64,000 nt of DNA. Origin: Squalus acanthias. Lineage: Eukaryota. Location of the stretch: the NCBI GenBank assembly GCA_030390025.1, contig CM059433.1:3534001-3598000 (forward strand), written 5' to 3'. Positions within the stretch are counted from its first letter, which is position 1, and each line of letters begins with the position of its first letter. Both the position numbers and the translations under genes were made by a program. Shown piece after piece: positions 23,137 through 35,999 of the stretch. The notes below the pieces were generated by a model. It did no database searches. It saw only the letters and a list, made by a program, of their open reading frames with translations, and had not been told where the DNA came from.

Positions 23137-23681
23137 CAATGTTCGTTTTAAGCAGCTCTCTGGAGCTCCTGCGCAGCCGTTAAAGGGGCCGCGCTGGCCC
23201 AAAAACAAATTAGAAAGACTTGCATTTCTATAGCGCCTTTCACAACCTCAGGACATCTCAAAGCACTTTACAGCCAATGAAGTACTTTTGAAGTGTAGTC
23301 CCTGTTGTAATGTGGGAAACGCGGCAGCCAATTTGTGCACAGCAAGCTCCCACAAACAGCAATGTGCTAATGACCAGATAATCTGTTTTTGTGATGTTGA
23401 TTGAGGGATAAATATTGGCCAGGACACTGGGGAGATCTCCCCCTGCTCTTCTTCAAAAGAGTGGCCATGGGATCTTTTACGTCCACCTGAGGCCTCGGTT
23501 TAACATCTCGTCCGAAAGATGGCACCTCCGACAGTGCAGTGCTCCCTCAGCACTGCACTGGAGTGTCAGCCTGGCTTTTACTGTGCTCGAGTCCCTGGAG
23601 TGAGACTTGAACCCACGACCTTCTGACTCAGAGGCGAGTGTGCTACCCACTGAGTCACAGCTGACACTCAAAAGAAAATTG
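23137..23681. mobile_element. Small hAT-like element containing a SINE
   Basis: Ends CAATGTTC / GAAAATTG; flanked by GCCATGAT / TCCATGAT (7 of 8 match, TSD-like). Confidence 0.55.
23211..23667 (-). mobile_element. Full-length SacSINE1-type DeuSINE
   Basis: Reverse-complement homologue of 11174-11641. Confidence 0.85.
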
Positions 23682-24546
23682 TCCATGATCTAATATAATG
23701 GCAAGCAGGCTTGAGGGGCTGAATGGCCTACTCCTTTCCTATGTTCCTGTGTCTGTGCAATCAGTTTTTGAGTTTTGAATTCAGAAGCAAAGAATAATCT
23801 ATAATTCAAGTTTAAAAAATTGTGTGCTTCATCAGATTGTGTTATTTGTATTGAAAATCATATCTATATTAACATCCTAGCCTTCTTAAGTTCTGACCTT
23901 CTTTGTACTTCTAATGATTTGTTTAAACATCCAAACCTGGACAATTTCTATTTCCCACGTGTGAACATGAAATACACAATTCAAGTGTCCATCAGAGTTT
24001 GTTAACAGTAAACTGATCATCTGTTTCCAGTATCCTTGTGTCAAGTGTTGTCCAGCTGATGAGTATTAGTGAGCAGAGTGCAGTCGAGTATTTGATAGCT
24101 CGATGGTAAGTGCTGGTGCTCAGCCTCCAGTCGACCCTGCACTTGCTGGTGACCTGGTCCCAGTAGAGGCAGCACTGAACATCAATGTCATCTGCCGAGG
24201 TGTTCAGCTGCTCCGCCACTGACCTAGCTTCAGATCAGGTTGACTCTACCCGTCATTTTCATTTCTCCCGAAAGAAAACTCTTTCACAAGGCCTTAAAAA
24301 AATAACAACAGATTGTTCATAAAAATTGTTGTCACTAATTTCACTCCCTTTTTGTCAGAAAAGAGGGAACAGCGGAGGAAAGCAAAGACCTTGCAGTTTG
24401 TGTCTATCTCCTAATTGTCGTCAGTTTTTAAATCCCGCTATTCCATCACTGCCACCGAACAACAGAAGAAAGATCCCCAAAATGGCGAGAAGCCAATCTT
24501 AGCCAAGTCCATTCATGTTTTCTCCGTTCATGAACCTTAAGTCATA

Positions 24547-25244
24547 GGGGCTAAATTCGGTTGAGGGCGCTAACGTGGCGCAAATCAACTAGCGCCTGGG
24601 CGCGGCGCCGCTAACGCCTCCCGCGAAATTCAGCAGGAGGTTAGCGGTGGCGCTAACTATTGGCGCCGCGCCGCGCCATCCCGCCGGCGATGACGTCATT
24701 GCCGTGCGCAGCGCCCGGCTGTAATATTGGGTGGCGCCCCCCAACTTACCGCCGGACGCTATGTCCGACGGGGTCAGGGGGTGCACCTGCGGCCGGGGCG
24801 GCGCTAGTTAAAGGGGAGGTGCCGGGTGGCCATTTTTGTTGCTGGCCGCCTGCCAGCGCCTGCCACCGTTGCTGTCCCCGGTCCCTGTGAAGCCCCCACC
24901 CCCCACCCCCCCCCCCACGCGGGGTGCCGGCTGTGCTCTGTGAGCCCGGCACTTCTCTTGAGTGCCGGATTCGTTTGCCAGCACTCCCAATCCCTGGTGG
25001 CCCAGCTGGACGCCGGGACACGCTGCGCTAGGCCCCTCCCCTTTAATAAGGGAAGGAAAGCCTGCGGCACAAGGTGTCGCAGAGCGTGGCGCTGCAGCAC
25101 GTAGCGCCACGATATTGGCTCGCAGCGCCCCAAGAGGGACGCGGGGCGCTTCCAGTAGCGCCCCTCCTCCCTCTCGGGGCGCTACCTGGGAAAATCGGCC
25201 GCGGGAACGCTAACTTTTCTGGGGCGCTACCCAATTTTTACCCC
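24547..25244 (+). mobile_element. GC-rich Harbinger-type MITE (family B)
   Basis: Ends GGGGCTAAATTCGG / CCAATTTTTACCCC; homologous to 48076-48620 and 54312-54990. Confidence 0.8.
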
Positions 25245-26669
25245 TATCTATAACTGAAATGAACTGTTTACTATTTTGCACAAAATTATCTTTTTCCCCC
25301 CCAAGTTGACAAGAATGGAAGTGAGTGTTTTCCTCAGAACAAATCAAATCCAGGATAAACAGGAACTCTAAGTTGAGCTGCAATGTTATTCTGGATAAAG
25401 TCCATTCTCCTGTCATTCGCCCACCCATTCCTGCCGAGTTGACATATTTGTGAAATAAAGGCAAGTCACCTGGCAGCCATTTGGAGTGTGATTTCTCCTT
25501 TATGTTAATAATCACTGTCGACTCAATTCACACACAGTAAGACCGAAAGAACACCTTTTTTAATAGTCATAAAGATTTTAAGAAAACGGAAAACTAAAAT
25601 TAAAAACCTGAACTACTATGAACTGTGGATATTACAATCCCTAACTGTTAATTTGCCAAGTTTTTAAATAAACATGGTCATAAAATTTCTGTGGTGTATA
25701 AAGACGATCCATGACTCATACTGGTGGTTTGCAATAGTTACAGCAGAAGCAAACTGAGCCGCCCAGCCAATGAGTGCTGATGTCACAAGCAGGTTGTGCC
25801 AGTTACACGGAATATATCGAGCAACTGTGAGTTTATTAAAATCTCTAAATATATATTTTGGATTATTTGGAAGACTAAATATATTAAATATTACAGGCAC
25901 ATGCTTGTATATGGAAAGCAAAACTGCGGCAGGCCAGGTCGTACAATGTGGTGTCAATGAGAGACTGGTGTACAAATGGTGCTTTTCTGTGGTGGTGTGT
26001 GGGTCAAAGTGATATGGGTCAGAGGTTGGTTTGTTGTCTAGGTTGCTGTGTGATGTTTTGAGAACAGTGGCTGTCTTTTGGATGGCTGCAAGTCACACAT
26101 ATTCCCGTTAGTTAAAAGTAATATTGATGGCAATGTTACTGCTGCCCACACCACACACAGGGGTGTTAATGGTGCTTAGATTGTAATATTGGGCCAGAAT
26201 TTACTGGAGTGGGGCATCTCGCCCCATGCCCTGTGAGTTGGATTTTTTTCCTTATCCTCCAGCTTGAAAAATGTTCTCCCTGTAAGTTGCTGGAGGTGCG
26301 AGGGCAACGGGACATCTGGGACCTTGTTCAACGACGGGACCAACAGTCGATCTCCTTAACCAATGAAATTTAAGGATTGAGAAAGAAACAGAGGAACGAC
26401 GGGGAAAATAGGGTGAGTTAGATTCAAACCAGGCACAGAAAGAGAAATAAAGAGAGGAAAAGAAAGATTGGATTAAGAGTGTGAGAGAAAAGAGACGGAA
26501 AGAAAAAGCAAGAAGTAAAAGCTTAAAATTTTAATTTTAATTTTTAAAAAACCTCTAGGAACAATTTACTACCTGCAGGAGTGATACTCTATAGTTTCAA
26601 TTGTTCTCTTTCTGGTCCTCCGGCAGTGCAGGAACATAAATCTCATCATTAAAAGGACTATAACTTTTT

Positions 26670-26951
26670 ATGGGGTATGGTAGCATAGTGGTGAACTAGT
26701 AATCCCGAGGCCTGGACTAATGATCCAGTCAGTTCAAAGCCCACCGCGGCTGCTGGAGAATTTAAATTCAGTTCATTAAATCTGGAATTAAAAAGCTCGT
26801 ATCAGTAATGGTGACCATGAAACTACCAGATTGTCGTAAAAATCCATCTGGTTCACTAATAATGTCATTTAGGGAAGGAAATCTGCCGTCCTTACCCGGT
26901 CTGGCCTATATGTGACTCCAGACCCACAGCAATGTGGCTGACTCTTAACTG
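26670..26951 (+). mobile_element. tRNA-derived SINE (third type), 3'-truncated
   Basis: A/B-box-like head (tggtagcatagtgg...agttcaaagccc); body ggttcactaat...tagggaaggaaatctgccgtccttacc...gactccagacccacagcaatgtgg resembles a common shark SINE recalled from memory. Confidence 0.6.
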
Positions 26952-28132
26952 TACTGGAACAGCTTGGCTAGAGGCGCGGCTAGTTCTGGAGCACAAGTCG
27001 GAGCACTACAGCCGGGATGTTGTTGGGGCCTTTGCTCAGCCATTTCTTGATATCATTGAGCCGCTCTTGGTGATGGACGTTGAAATCCTCCACCTAGCAC
27101 AAAGGAAGATGGTTGTGGTTGTTGGAGGTCAATCATCTCAGCCCCAGGACATCATTGCCGTATCCTAGCCCCAACCATCAGCTGCTTCATCAACGACCTT
27201 CTCTCCATCATAAGGTCAGAAGTGGGGATGTTTGCTGATGATTGAACAGTGTTCAGTTCTATTACCAACTTCTCAGATAATGACGCAGTCCATGCTCACA
27301 TGCAGCATGACCTGGACAACATTCAGGCTTGGGCTGATAAGTGGCAAGTAACATTCACGCTACACAAGTGCCAGGCAATGACCATCTCCAACAAGAGAGA
27401 ATCTAACCACCTCCCTTTGATATTCAACGGCATTACCATTGCCGAATCCCCCACCATCAACATCCATAAACTTAACTGGACCACCCACATAAATACTGTG
27501 GCTACAAGAGCAGGTCAGAGGCTAGGTATTCTGCGGTGAGTGTCTCACCTCCTGACTACCCAAAACCTTTCCACCATCTACAAGGCACAAGTCAGGAGTG
27601 TGATGGAATACTCTCCACTTGCCTGGATGAGTGCAGCTCCAACAACACTCAAGAAGCTCGACACCATCCATGACAAAGCAGCCCGCTTGACTGGCACCCC
27701 ATCCACCACCTTAAACATTCACTCCCTCCACCACCGGCGTACCGTGGCTGCAGTGTGTACCATCTACAAGATGCACTGCAGCAACTCACCAAGGCTTCTT
27801 CGGCAGCACCTCCCAAACCCGCGACCTCTTCCACCTAGAAGGACAAGTGCAGGTGCATGGGAACACCATCACTTCCACGTTCCCCTCCAAGTTCCCCTCC
27901 AAGTTCCCTTCCACACCATCCTAACTTGCAATTAGCTCGCCGTTCCTTCATTGTCACTGGGTCAAAATCCTGGAACTCCCTCCCTAACAGCACTGTGGGA
28001 GCACCTTCACCACACGGACTGCAGCGGTTCAAGAAGGAGGCTCACCACCACCTTCTCAAGGGCAATTAGGGATGGGCAATAAATACTGGCCTTGCCAGCG
28101 ACGCCCACATCCCATGAATGAATAAAAAAAAA
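26951..28132 (+). mobile_element. 5'-truncated, rearranged non-LTR element (CR1/L2-group LINE distinct from the main CR1s)
   Basis: FINDL...MFADD, DLDNIQAWADKWQVTF, YKAQVRSVMEYSPLAW; tail gacgcccacatcccatgaatgaataaaaaaaa; inverted upstream pieces at 26951-27088. Confidence 0.8.
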
Positions 28133-28783
28133 TACCAACAATATCTTTCTGCAGCGAGTTCAATTCGTATTTAAGGTGCAAATCCAACAATTTCTTGAAA
28201 CTCAAGTTGACGATGAGATCCCATTTCTGTGAGGCTGAGAGAGGAGCAGCGCTAATCGTCCAGCAATCTGTGGCAGTTCGCAACTCATGTCGTATCTCTT
28301 CCTTGTCACAAGTTGCTGGATTTTTTTTACACACTAATAACGGTGTGTGCCTTTAACTCGCTGTTATTCTGCCCCAGATATTGCGATTCAGTGCACCGTG
28401 CAATGAGCGGCAAGGGCATGCAGGGGGAGCTCTTGTAGGAAGTCCATCCAGTCCTCGTTCCAACTGAGTGCTTGGAGTAGAGCAGCTGCCTCAGTGAACG
28501 GTTTTACTTTAACACATTCCGCTCTCTTTATTTTTAGTTTTTTTTAAAAGATCAGCATTTATATATCGTTATAACAGCTAAGAACAAATGTAGTTAGAGG
28601 TTTCCACTTCCTTTGCGGCTATCCCTCATCATACAGGTGGCCCAACTAAATTTAAAAACCACTGTGAAGCTTTGCTAATATTTTCAGGAAATTCCACGAC
28701 TATACAGCAAGCAAACAACTGAAAATGTATAATATTTATTGATCATGATCAACAATTCTGTCTCAAGCTTTGATCTGATCTTT

Positions 28784-30486
28784 ACCTGCCGGAAATAAAA
28801 GGGGTCAGAGGATCTGGTAAGAGGGAGGAGCTGAGGGAAATCCTTATTAGTCGGGAAAAGGTATTGGGGAAATTGATGGGACTGAAGGCTGAAAAATCCC
28901 CGGGGCCTGATGGTCTGCATCCCAGAGTACTTAAGGAGGTGGCCTTGGAAATAGTGGATGCATTGACGATCATTTTCCAACATTCCTTAGACTCTGGATC
29001 AGTTCCGATGGAGTGGAGGGTGGCCAATGTAACCCCTCTTTTTAAAAAGGAGGGAGGGAGAAAGCAGGGAATTATAGACCGGTCAGCCTGACATCGGTCG
29101 TGGGTAAAATGATGGAAGCAATTATTAAAGATGTCATAACAGACCATTTGGAAAGTGGCGACATGATAGGTCCAAGTCAGCATGGATTTGTGAAAGGGAA
29201 ATCATGCTTGACAAATCTTCTGGAATTTTTTGAGGATGTTTCCAATAGGGTGGACAGGGGGGAACCAGTAGATGTGGTGTATTTGGACTTTCAGAAGGCC
29301 TTCAACAAGGTCCCACACAAGAGATTGGTGAGCAAAGTTAAAGCACATGGGATTGGGGGTAATGTGTTGACGTGGATTGAGAACTGGTTGGCACACAGGA
29401 AACAAAGAGTAGGAGTAAATGGGTACTTTTCAGAATGGCAGGCAGTGACCAGCGGGGTACCGCAGGGTTCGGTGCTGGGACCCCAGCTGTTTACATTATA
29501 TATTAATGATTTGGACGAAGGGATTAAATGTAATATCTCCAAATTTGCGGATGACACTAAATTGGGAGGCAGTGTGAACAATGAGGAGGATGCTAGGAGG
29601 CTACAGAGTGACTTGGACAGGTTGGGTGAATGGGCAAATGTATGGCAGATGAAGTACAATGTGGATAAATGTGAGGTTATCCACTTTGGTGGTAAAAATA
29701 GAGAGGCGGACTATTACCTGAATGGTGGCAGATTAGGGAAAGGGGAGGTGCAACGAGACCTGGGCGTCATGGTACATCAGTCACTGAAGGTGGGAATGCA
29801 AGTGCAGCAGGCAGTCAAGAAAGCAAACGGAATGATGGCCTTCATAGTAAGGGGATTTGAGTACAGGAGTAGGGAGGTGATGCTGCAGTTGTACAGGGCC
29901 TTGGTGAGGCCACACCTGGAGTATTGTGCGCAGTTTTGGTCTCCTAACTTAAGGAAGGACATTCTTGCTATTGAGGGAGTGCAGCGAAGGTTCACTAGAT
30001 TGATTCCTGGGATGGCCGGACTGACATATCAAGAAAGATTGGGTCAACTGAACTTGTATCCTCTGGAGTTCAGAAGAATGAGGGGGGATCTTATAGAGAC
30101 ATTTAAAATCCTGACTGGTTTAGACAAATTAGATGCGGGCAGAATGTTCCCAATGTTAGGGAAAACTAGAACCAGGGGTCACAGTCTAAGGATTAAGGGG
30201 AAGCCATTTAAGACAGAGCTGAGGAGGAACTTCTTCACCCAGAGAGTGGTGAATCTATGGAATTCTCTTCCACAGAAGGTTGTTGAGGCCAGTTCGCTAA
30301 ATATATTCAAAAGGGAGTTAGATATAACACTCACAACTAGGGGGATCAAGGGGTATGGCGAGAAAGCAGGAATGGGGTACTGAGGTAGCATGTTCAGCCA
30401 TGAACGCATTGAATGGCGGTGCAGGCTCGAAGGACCGAATGGTCTACTCCTGTACCTATTTTCTATGTTTCTATGTTTCTATGTTT
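28784..30486 (+). mobile_element. 5'-truncated CR1, near-identical to 18835-20532, with a 1-bp frameshift at ~29045
   Basis: Translation differs from the 978-aa ORF2 at about 8 of the last 427 residues; (ttctatgt)n tail. Confidence 0.95.
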
Positions 30487-31107
30487 ATTAGCCGAGGCAT
30501 AGAATATAAGAGCAGGGAGGTTATGCTTGAACTGTATAAAACACTAGTTAGGCCTCAGCTAGAATACTGTGCACAGTTCTGGTCACCACATTGCAGGAAA
30601 GATGTGATTGCACTAGAGAGGGTACAGAGGAGATTTACGAGGATGTTGCCTGGACTGGGGTATTTTAGCTATGAGGAAAGATTGGATAGGCTGGGGTTGT
30701 TTTCTTTGGCACAGAGGAGGCTGAGGGGAGACTTGATTGAGGTGTGTAAAATTATGAGGGGCCTAAATAGAGTGGATAGGAAGGACCTACTCCTCTTAGT
30801 AGTGAGGTCAACAACCAGGGGGCATAGATTTAAAATCATTGGGAGGATTAGAGGGGATTTGAGGAGAACTTCTTTCACCCAGAAGGTGGTGGGGGTCTGG
30901 AACTTACTGCCTGAAAGGGTGGTAGAGGCAGAGACCCTCATCACATTTAAAAAGTACTTGGATATGCACTTGAAGTGCCGGAACCTACAAGGCTACGGAT
31001 CAAGAGCTGGAAAGTGGGATTAGGCTGGAGAGCTCTTTGTTGGCCGGCACGGAAATGATGGGCCCAATGGCCTCCTTCTGTGCTGTAAATTTCTATGATT
31101 TCGATGA
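30487..31107 (+). mobile_element. CR1 3' fragment (family of 9193-10085)
   Basis: ISRGIEYKSREVMLELYKTLVRPQLEYC...GYGSRAGKWD. Confidence 0.9.
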
Positions 31108-31494
31108 TCAATTCCCAGTCGTTATAAATTTCATTAAAACTGAATGCCAATAGCAAAGAAACACTGGCTCGTGTCCTCTGAGGGCAAGGCCGAGATCAGA
31201 AATTCAGCACTGGCTAACAACTGACACAAGCCCACTCTGACCATTATTTTGCAGTGTGCTGGTGTTGCACTGTACAGCATCAAAGTCCTAATTTTAGATT
31301 TCACTAATACTAGATACCGGCTGATACCTGAAATTGTCACTGCTTAAGGATTTTAGAATGTCTCAGTGCACATTCGATTTAAATGATTTCTTGCAGAAGA
31401 AAATCACTCTCAGCAGGACCTGTATGAAGGATTTGTCAGTAAACAATTTTCTACTGCAGATATTTTATCCTCGTTGAAAATATCTTTACATAAA

Positions 31495-31932
31495 AGAAAA
31501 TCAAAAGAAATTGCTTTTCTATTGTGTGTTGGCACATCCTATCACAAAGCACTTCACAACCAATTAATTACTTTTATATAGGCAAGCACAGCAGCCAATT
31601 TTGAAGACAGTGAGATCCCATAAACAGCAAATGAGATGAATGACCAGTTAATCTTTTTTCGGTCATTTTGGTTGAGGTAAGAATGTTGACCAGGAGAACT
31701 CTGTGCTGTTCTTTGAATAGTGCCACGGGATAGTTCATGTACACCTGAAACAGCAGGCAGTGCCTCGGTTTAATGTCCTATCCAAAAGTTGACAGATGTG
31801 ACACTGCATTACTCCCTCAGTGCTGCACTGAAGTGTCAGCCTAGATTATGTGATCAGGTTTTCGAGTGGGTGTGAACCCACAACCTTCTGACTCAGAGGT
31901 GTGAACATACCAACTAAGCCACATTGACACTT
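31495..31932 (-). mobile_element. Old SacSINE1-type DeuSINE
   Basis: Degenerate reverse-complement homology (ctccctcagtgctgcactgaagtgtcagcctag...caaccttctgactcagagg). Confidence 0.7.
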
Positions 31933-33360
31933 ACTGAGATGCTAGAAATAGTGATGGAAAAAAAAAGCTGAGCACTTTTCATGGTGTCCTGCCTTCATTA
32001 TTGTTGTGCAGCTTTTCAAAGGGGAAGTAGCATCTACTGAATTGCCCCATAGTTCTAAATGATAAATAATAAATATTCCAAAATAAACAGTTCCAATGAC
32101 ATCAGGGATGAATGAGAGGCACTGCCCACAATCCACTTTCCTCATTTATAACACTGGAGTAGAACATGATGATATCACATGGGAGAGGATTCTGCGGGAA
32201 ATGTCTGCTCCAGGCTGTCGCGAACTGACAGTTCTAAAGCATAAAGAGGGGAACGCGCATTAGCTGACAAACACTATCAAGGGTACAGATGTCTTCCATT
32301 GTAGCCTTTGATATTATAGAGCAATTTACTAGATTATATTTCCCGTTAAACCAATGTAGTGGAAACTATTGCTGCCAAATGCTGTTTCTGGCTTGTTTCT
32401 TCTTCCAGAACATAATAATTCTCTGGCCATTGTCTGCCTTTATCCTCTTAGCACTTGTCTCTTTGCCTGTAGCCCTTCTCGCTGCTGATTTTGCCTAGGC
32501 TCCTTTTGCTCTCATTTTTGCTCCTACCAGACTTTTGATTATAAAGCTTCAATCTGTTTTTCTTTGGCTTTTCATCCATAGTTTCACTTTGCCACTTCAA
32601 TGAATCTCTCCCAATCGGAACTTTTACCTCTGCCACTCAAGACCTCATTGAACTTTTATGATTGCATCTTTCTCTTTAGCTTCTGTTGTCTTTTTCTCAC
32701 CTCTCCTTTCACATTAGGTCCAGAGTCTGTACTGTTTCTCCCTGATGACTAGTACTGGTCAGCTGTCCAGCCTGTGCTTCTCTTTCCCGGAACCTTTGAC
32801 ATTAGAGTGTCAGGTGGTAACACGCCCCAGACGCTCCTGATTTCTCTAAAGTGTGTCACTCTACCTGATCCTAGTACTGTCTGATCAAGGAATTCAGTGA
32901 TTACATAGGATTACACAGGATATACGGCACAGAAACAGGCCATTCGGCCCAACCAGTCCATGCCGGCGTTTATGCTCCACTCGAGCCTCCTCCCGTCTTT
33001 CCTCATCTAACTCTATCAGCGTAACCCTCTATTCCCTTCTCCCTCATATGCTTGTCCAGCCTCCCCTTAAATGCATCCATACTATTCGCTTCAACCACTC
33101 CCTGTGGTAGCGAGTTCCACATTCTCACCACTCTCTGGGTAAAGAAGTTTCTTCTGAATTCCCTATTGGATTTCTTGGTGACTAGCTTATATTGATGGGC
33201 TCTAGTTATGCTCTTCCCCACAAGTGGAAACATTCTCTCTGTATCCACTTGATCAAAACCTTTCATAATTTTAAAGACCCCTATTAGGTCACCCCTCAGC
33301 CTTCTTTTTTCAAGTGAAACGAGACCCAGCCTGTTCATCCTTTCTTGATATGTATACCCT

Positions 33361-33599
33361 TGTTGAGGCTGCCGCGAAACACGAATTAAGGCTGAATCCA
33401 TTTGTGTTAAACAAGAGACTTTTTAATCACAGCATGGTACAAAATGGCAGACTGAAAAGCCCCCAGAATTCTCTGGGTAAAACCTGAGGCCCCGCCCCCT
33501 TCTGCCTTAAAGGTAAGGTGCCTTAAAGGGGAAGGTGCTGGAAATTTGTCCACAGACGGAAGAGTGGATTATGCCCGTTTTAGGTGGTGATCCACCACA
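33361..33599 (-). repeat. 3' LTR (TG...CA), adjacent to polypurine tract GGGGGGAGCTG at 33600-33610
   Basis: Direct repeat of 36730-36968 with 4 differences. Confidence 0.95.
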
Positions 33600-33619
33600 C
33601 AGCTCCCCCCAGAATCCGC

Positions 33620-35994
33620 TTAGGAGGTGTGGACGAGACGGTGCGGCGGTCTGATGGGCCGGCCGGAGCGGCTCTTGTAGGACGCCGGTGGGCGTGGAAC
33701 GGCCGGGCGTGGAGCAGCCGGGTGAACCAGCTTGAGGGCAGGTCGGCCGCGTGGAGGTGGACGAGCTACAGGGACCTGCTCACTGGGCTCCGAGTGTGCT
33801 GGCTTGAGTCGGTCAACCGACACTTTTTCGGTCCTGTCGCCCACTTGCAGGGTGAAAAATTTGTCCCCAGCCTGTAGCACCTTGTAGGGCCCGTCGTACG
33901 GGGGTTGAAGGGGTCCACGGTGGGCGTCGTGCCGGACGAAAACAAACCGTGCCTGGTGCAGGCTTAGTGGGACGTGTGAGGTGGATTCACCGTGTCGGGC
34001 AATGGGCACCGGGGCGAACTGCAGGGCCAGTGAGGCGAAGTCGTGGCGTTGCTGGTCGGCTGACCAGGGTGTCGTGGCGGTGGGCAGGAACTCGCCGGGT
34101 ACGCGCAGCAGCTGACCGTACACGAGCTCTGCTGCCAATGCGTGGAGGTCTTCTTTAACCGCGGTGCGCAGGCCGAGGAGGACCCACGGAAGTCGGTCGG
34201 TCCAGGCGCCGTCTTGGAGGCTGGCTCGAAGAGATGCCTTCAAGGATCTGTGGAACCGCTCACACAGTCCGTTGGCTTGGGGGTGGTACGCTGTGGTGCG
34301 GTGAATGGTCACCCCGAGATTGCGTGCGACGGCGGTCCAGAGTTCAGAGGTAAATTGCGGAGCTCTGTCCGACGTCATGTCGGAGGGGACGCTGAACCGT
34401 GCGACCCAAGTGCTGACGAAGGCTCTGGCGATGTCGGCGGTGGTGGTAGAGGTCAGTGGAATTGCCTCAGGCCAGCGTGTGGTGCGGTCAACGATGGTCA
34501 GCAAGTGCGTGTGGCCTTGCGACTGCGGCAGGGGCCCGACGATGTCCACGTGGATGTGGTCGAATCTCCGCGAGGGGACGGTAAACTCCTCGAGGGGTGC
34601 TTTCGTGTGTTGCTGTACCTTGGCCCGTTGGCAGGCTAGGCAAGAGTTGGCCCAAGTGCGCACATCCTTGCGAAGGCCGCGCCAGACAAAGCGGTTGGCT
34701 ACCAATTTAATGGATGCGCGGGCGCCGGGGTGGGAGAGGTTGTGGAGAATGTCGAATACCCGGCAGGCACCAGGACGCTGGGACGACGGGCTGAGGTTGA
34801 CATAGGGATATGTCGCACTTGACCGTGACTGCGGTCGGGCCACAGGCGACGTCGGCCAGGCGTAGCCCTGATAGGTTGGTGGGTGCGGAGAGCAGATCAG
34901 GGTCGGTGATCTGGTCTGCTGCGAGTTGAGCGTAGTCGACTGCTAGGTGTGCGGCATGGATGGCGGGGCGGGAGAGGCAGTCGGCTACCACATTGTCTCG
35001 GCCGGAGACGTGTTGGATGTCCGTGGTGAACTCGGACACAGCCGTGAGCTGGCGCTGCTGCCTGGCGGACCAGGGGTCGGTTGTCTTTGCCATTGCGAAT
35101 GTCAGGGGCTTGTGGTCGACAAACGCAGTGAAGGGGTGGCCCTCAAGCAAAAACCGGAAATGGCGGACCGCCAGGAACAGCGCGAGGAGCTCGCGGTCGA
35201 AGGTGCTGTACTTGACCTCCGGGGGGCGTAGTTGGCGGCTGAAGAAGGCAAGTGGTTGCCAGGCGCCGTCGACCCACTGCTCATACACGGCGCCGACCGC
35301 GTGGTCGGAGGCGTCCGTGGTGAGCGCTACCCTGGCATTGGGCCATGGGTGCACGAGCAGGGTGGCGTTGGTGAGCGCGGTCTTGGTGGAATCGAAGGCG
35401 GCGGACGCGTCTGCCGTCCATTCGACCGCCATCTTGCCGCTCCTACCCCAGACGGCTTCATACAGGGGCCTCATGAGGGACGCTGGTTTGGAGATGAAGT
35501 GTTCCACCCCGTGTTTGGCGGCCTCCGCGGAGAAGGTCGCATTGGTAAGGGCCAGGGAATTCGGCCAGGAGTGCCGAGTAGTCATCCGTGGCCCGGGCGT
35601 GGCACTGTGACGCCATGTCGACGGGTTGACGGGGGGCCATGGCGCCCAGGATGGGGGACATGGTGTTCATGTCCCCAAGGCGGTGATGAGGGATGTCTAC
35701 CAGTAGGCCATGGGCGCACAGGAAATCTGCGCCGATGAGGGGGGAGAGCACCTTGGCAGTGATGAACTCCCATCGGTAGCGGTGACCAGCGAGGTCGAGG
35801 GTGACTGTCCGGGTGCCATACGTCCGGATTTCCGAGCCGTTAGCAGCAGCCAGCGCCGGTCCTCGTTCGCCCTTTTGGATGTCGAGGGAGGAGGCCGGGA
35901 TGATGCTGTGCTGAGCCTCAGTGTCGCACAGGAACCGGCGGCCGGTTTTGTCATCCGTGACGAACAGCAGGGAGCCCGCGTGGCCCACGGCCAT
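33620..35994 (-). pseudogene. pol: pol remnant: protease, RNase H, integrase; frameshifted and lacking RT
   Basis: FLCDTEA (protease, DTGA altered); TDASDHAVGAV...YSTFDRELLA...DHKPL (RNase H); H..SHPG...C..C, HVDIVGP, SDRAPQF, NGLCERFHR and YDGPY (integrase). Confidence 0.9.
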
Positions 35995-35999
35995 CGCGG

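Larger units (their letters stand above)
22965..23750 (+). mobile_element. CR1 3' fragment interrupted by a small hAT-like element
   Basis: QRVVEICNSLPPKAVEA; 3' UTR continues after 23682. Confidence 0.75.

Noticed and set aside
24330..24415. Branch point, pyrimidine tract and AG at 24357-24358 followed by KREQRRKAKTLQFVSIS*
   Set aside because: Too short, no homology recognised and no upstream partner exon; cannot be supported without RNA data.
24547..25244. CpG-island-like promoter (also 48076-48620 and 54312-54990)
   Set aside because: Three homologous TIR-bounded copies show it is a young MITE, not a host promoter.
30355..31023. 222-aa ORF spanning two CR1 copies
   Set aside because: Accidental fusion of one element's 3' UTR and tail with the next element's ORF2 end.
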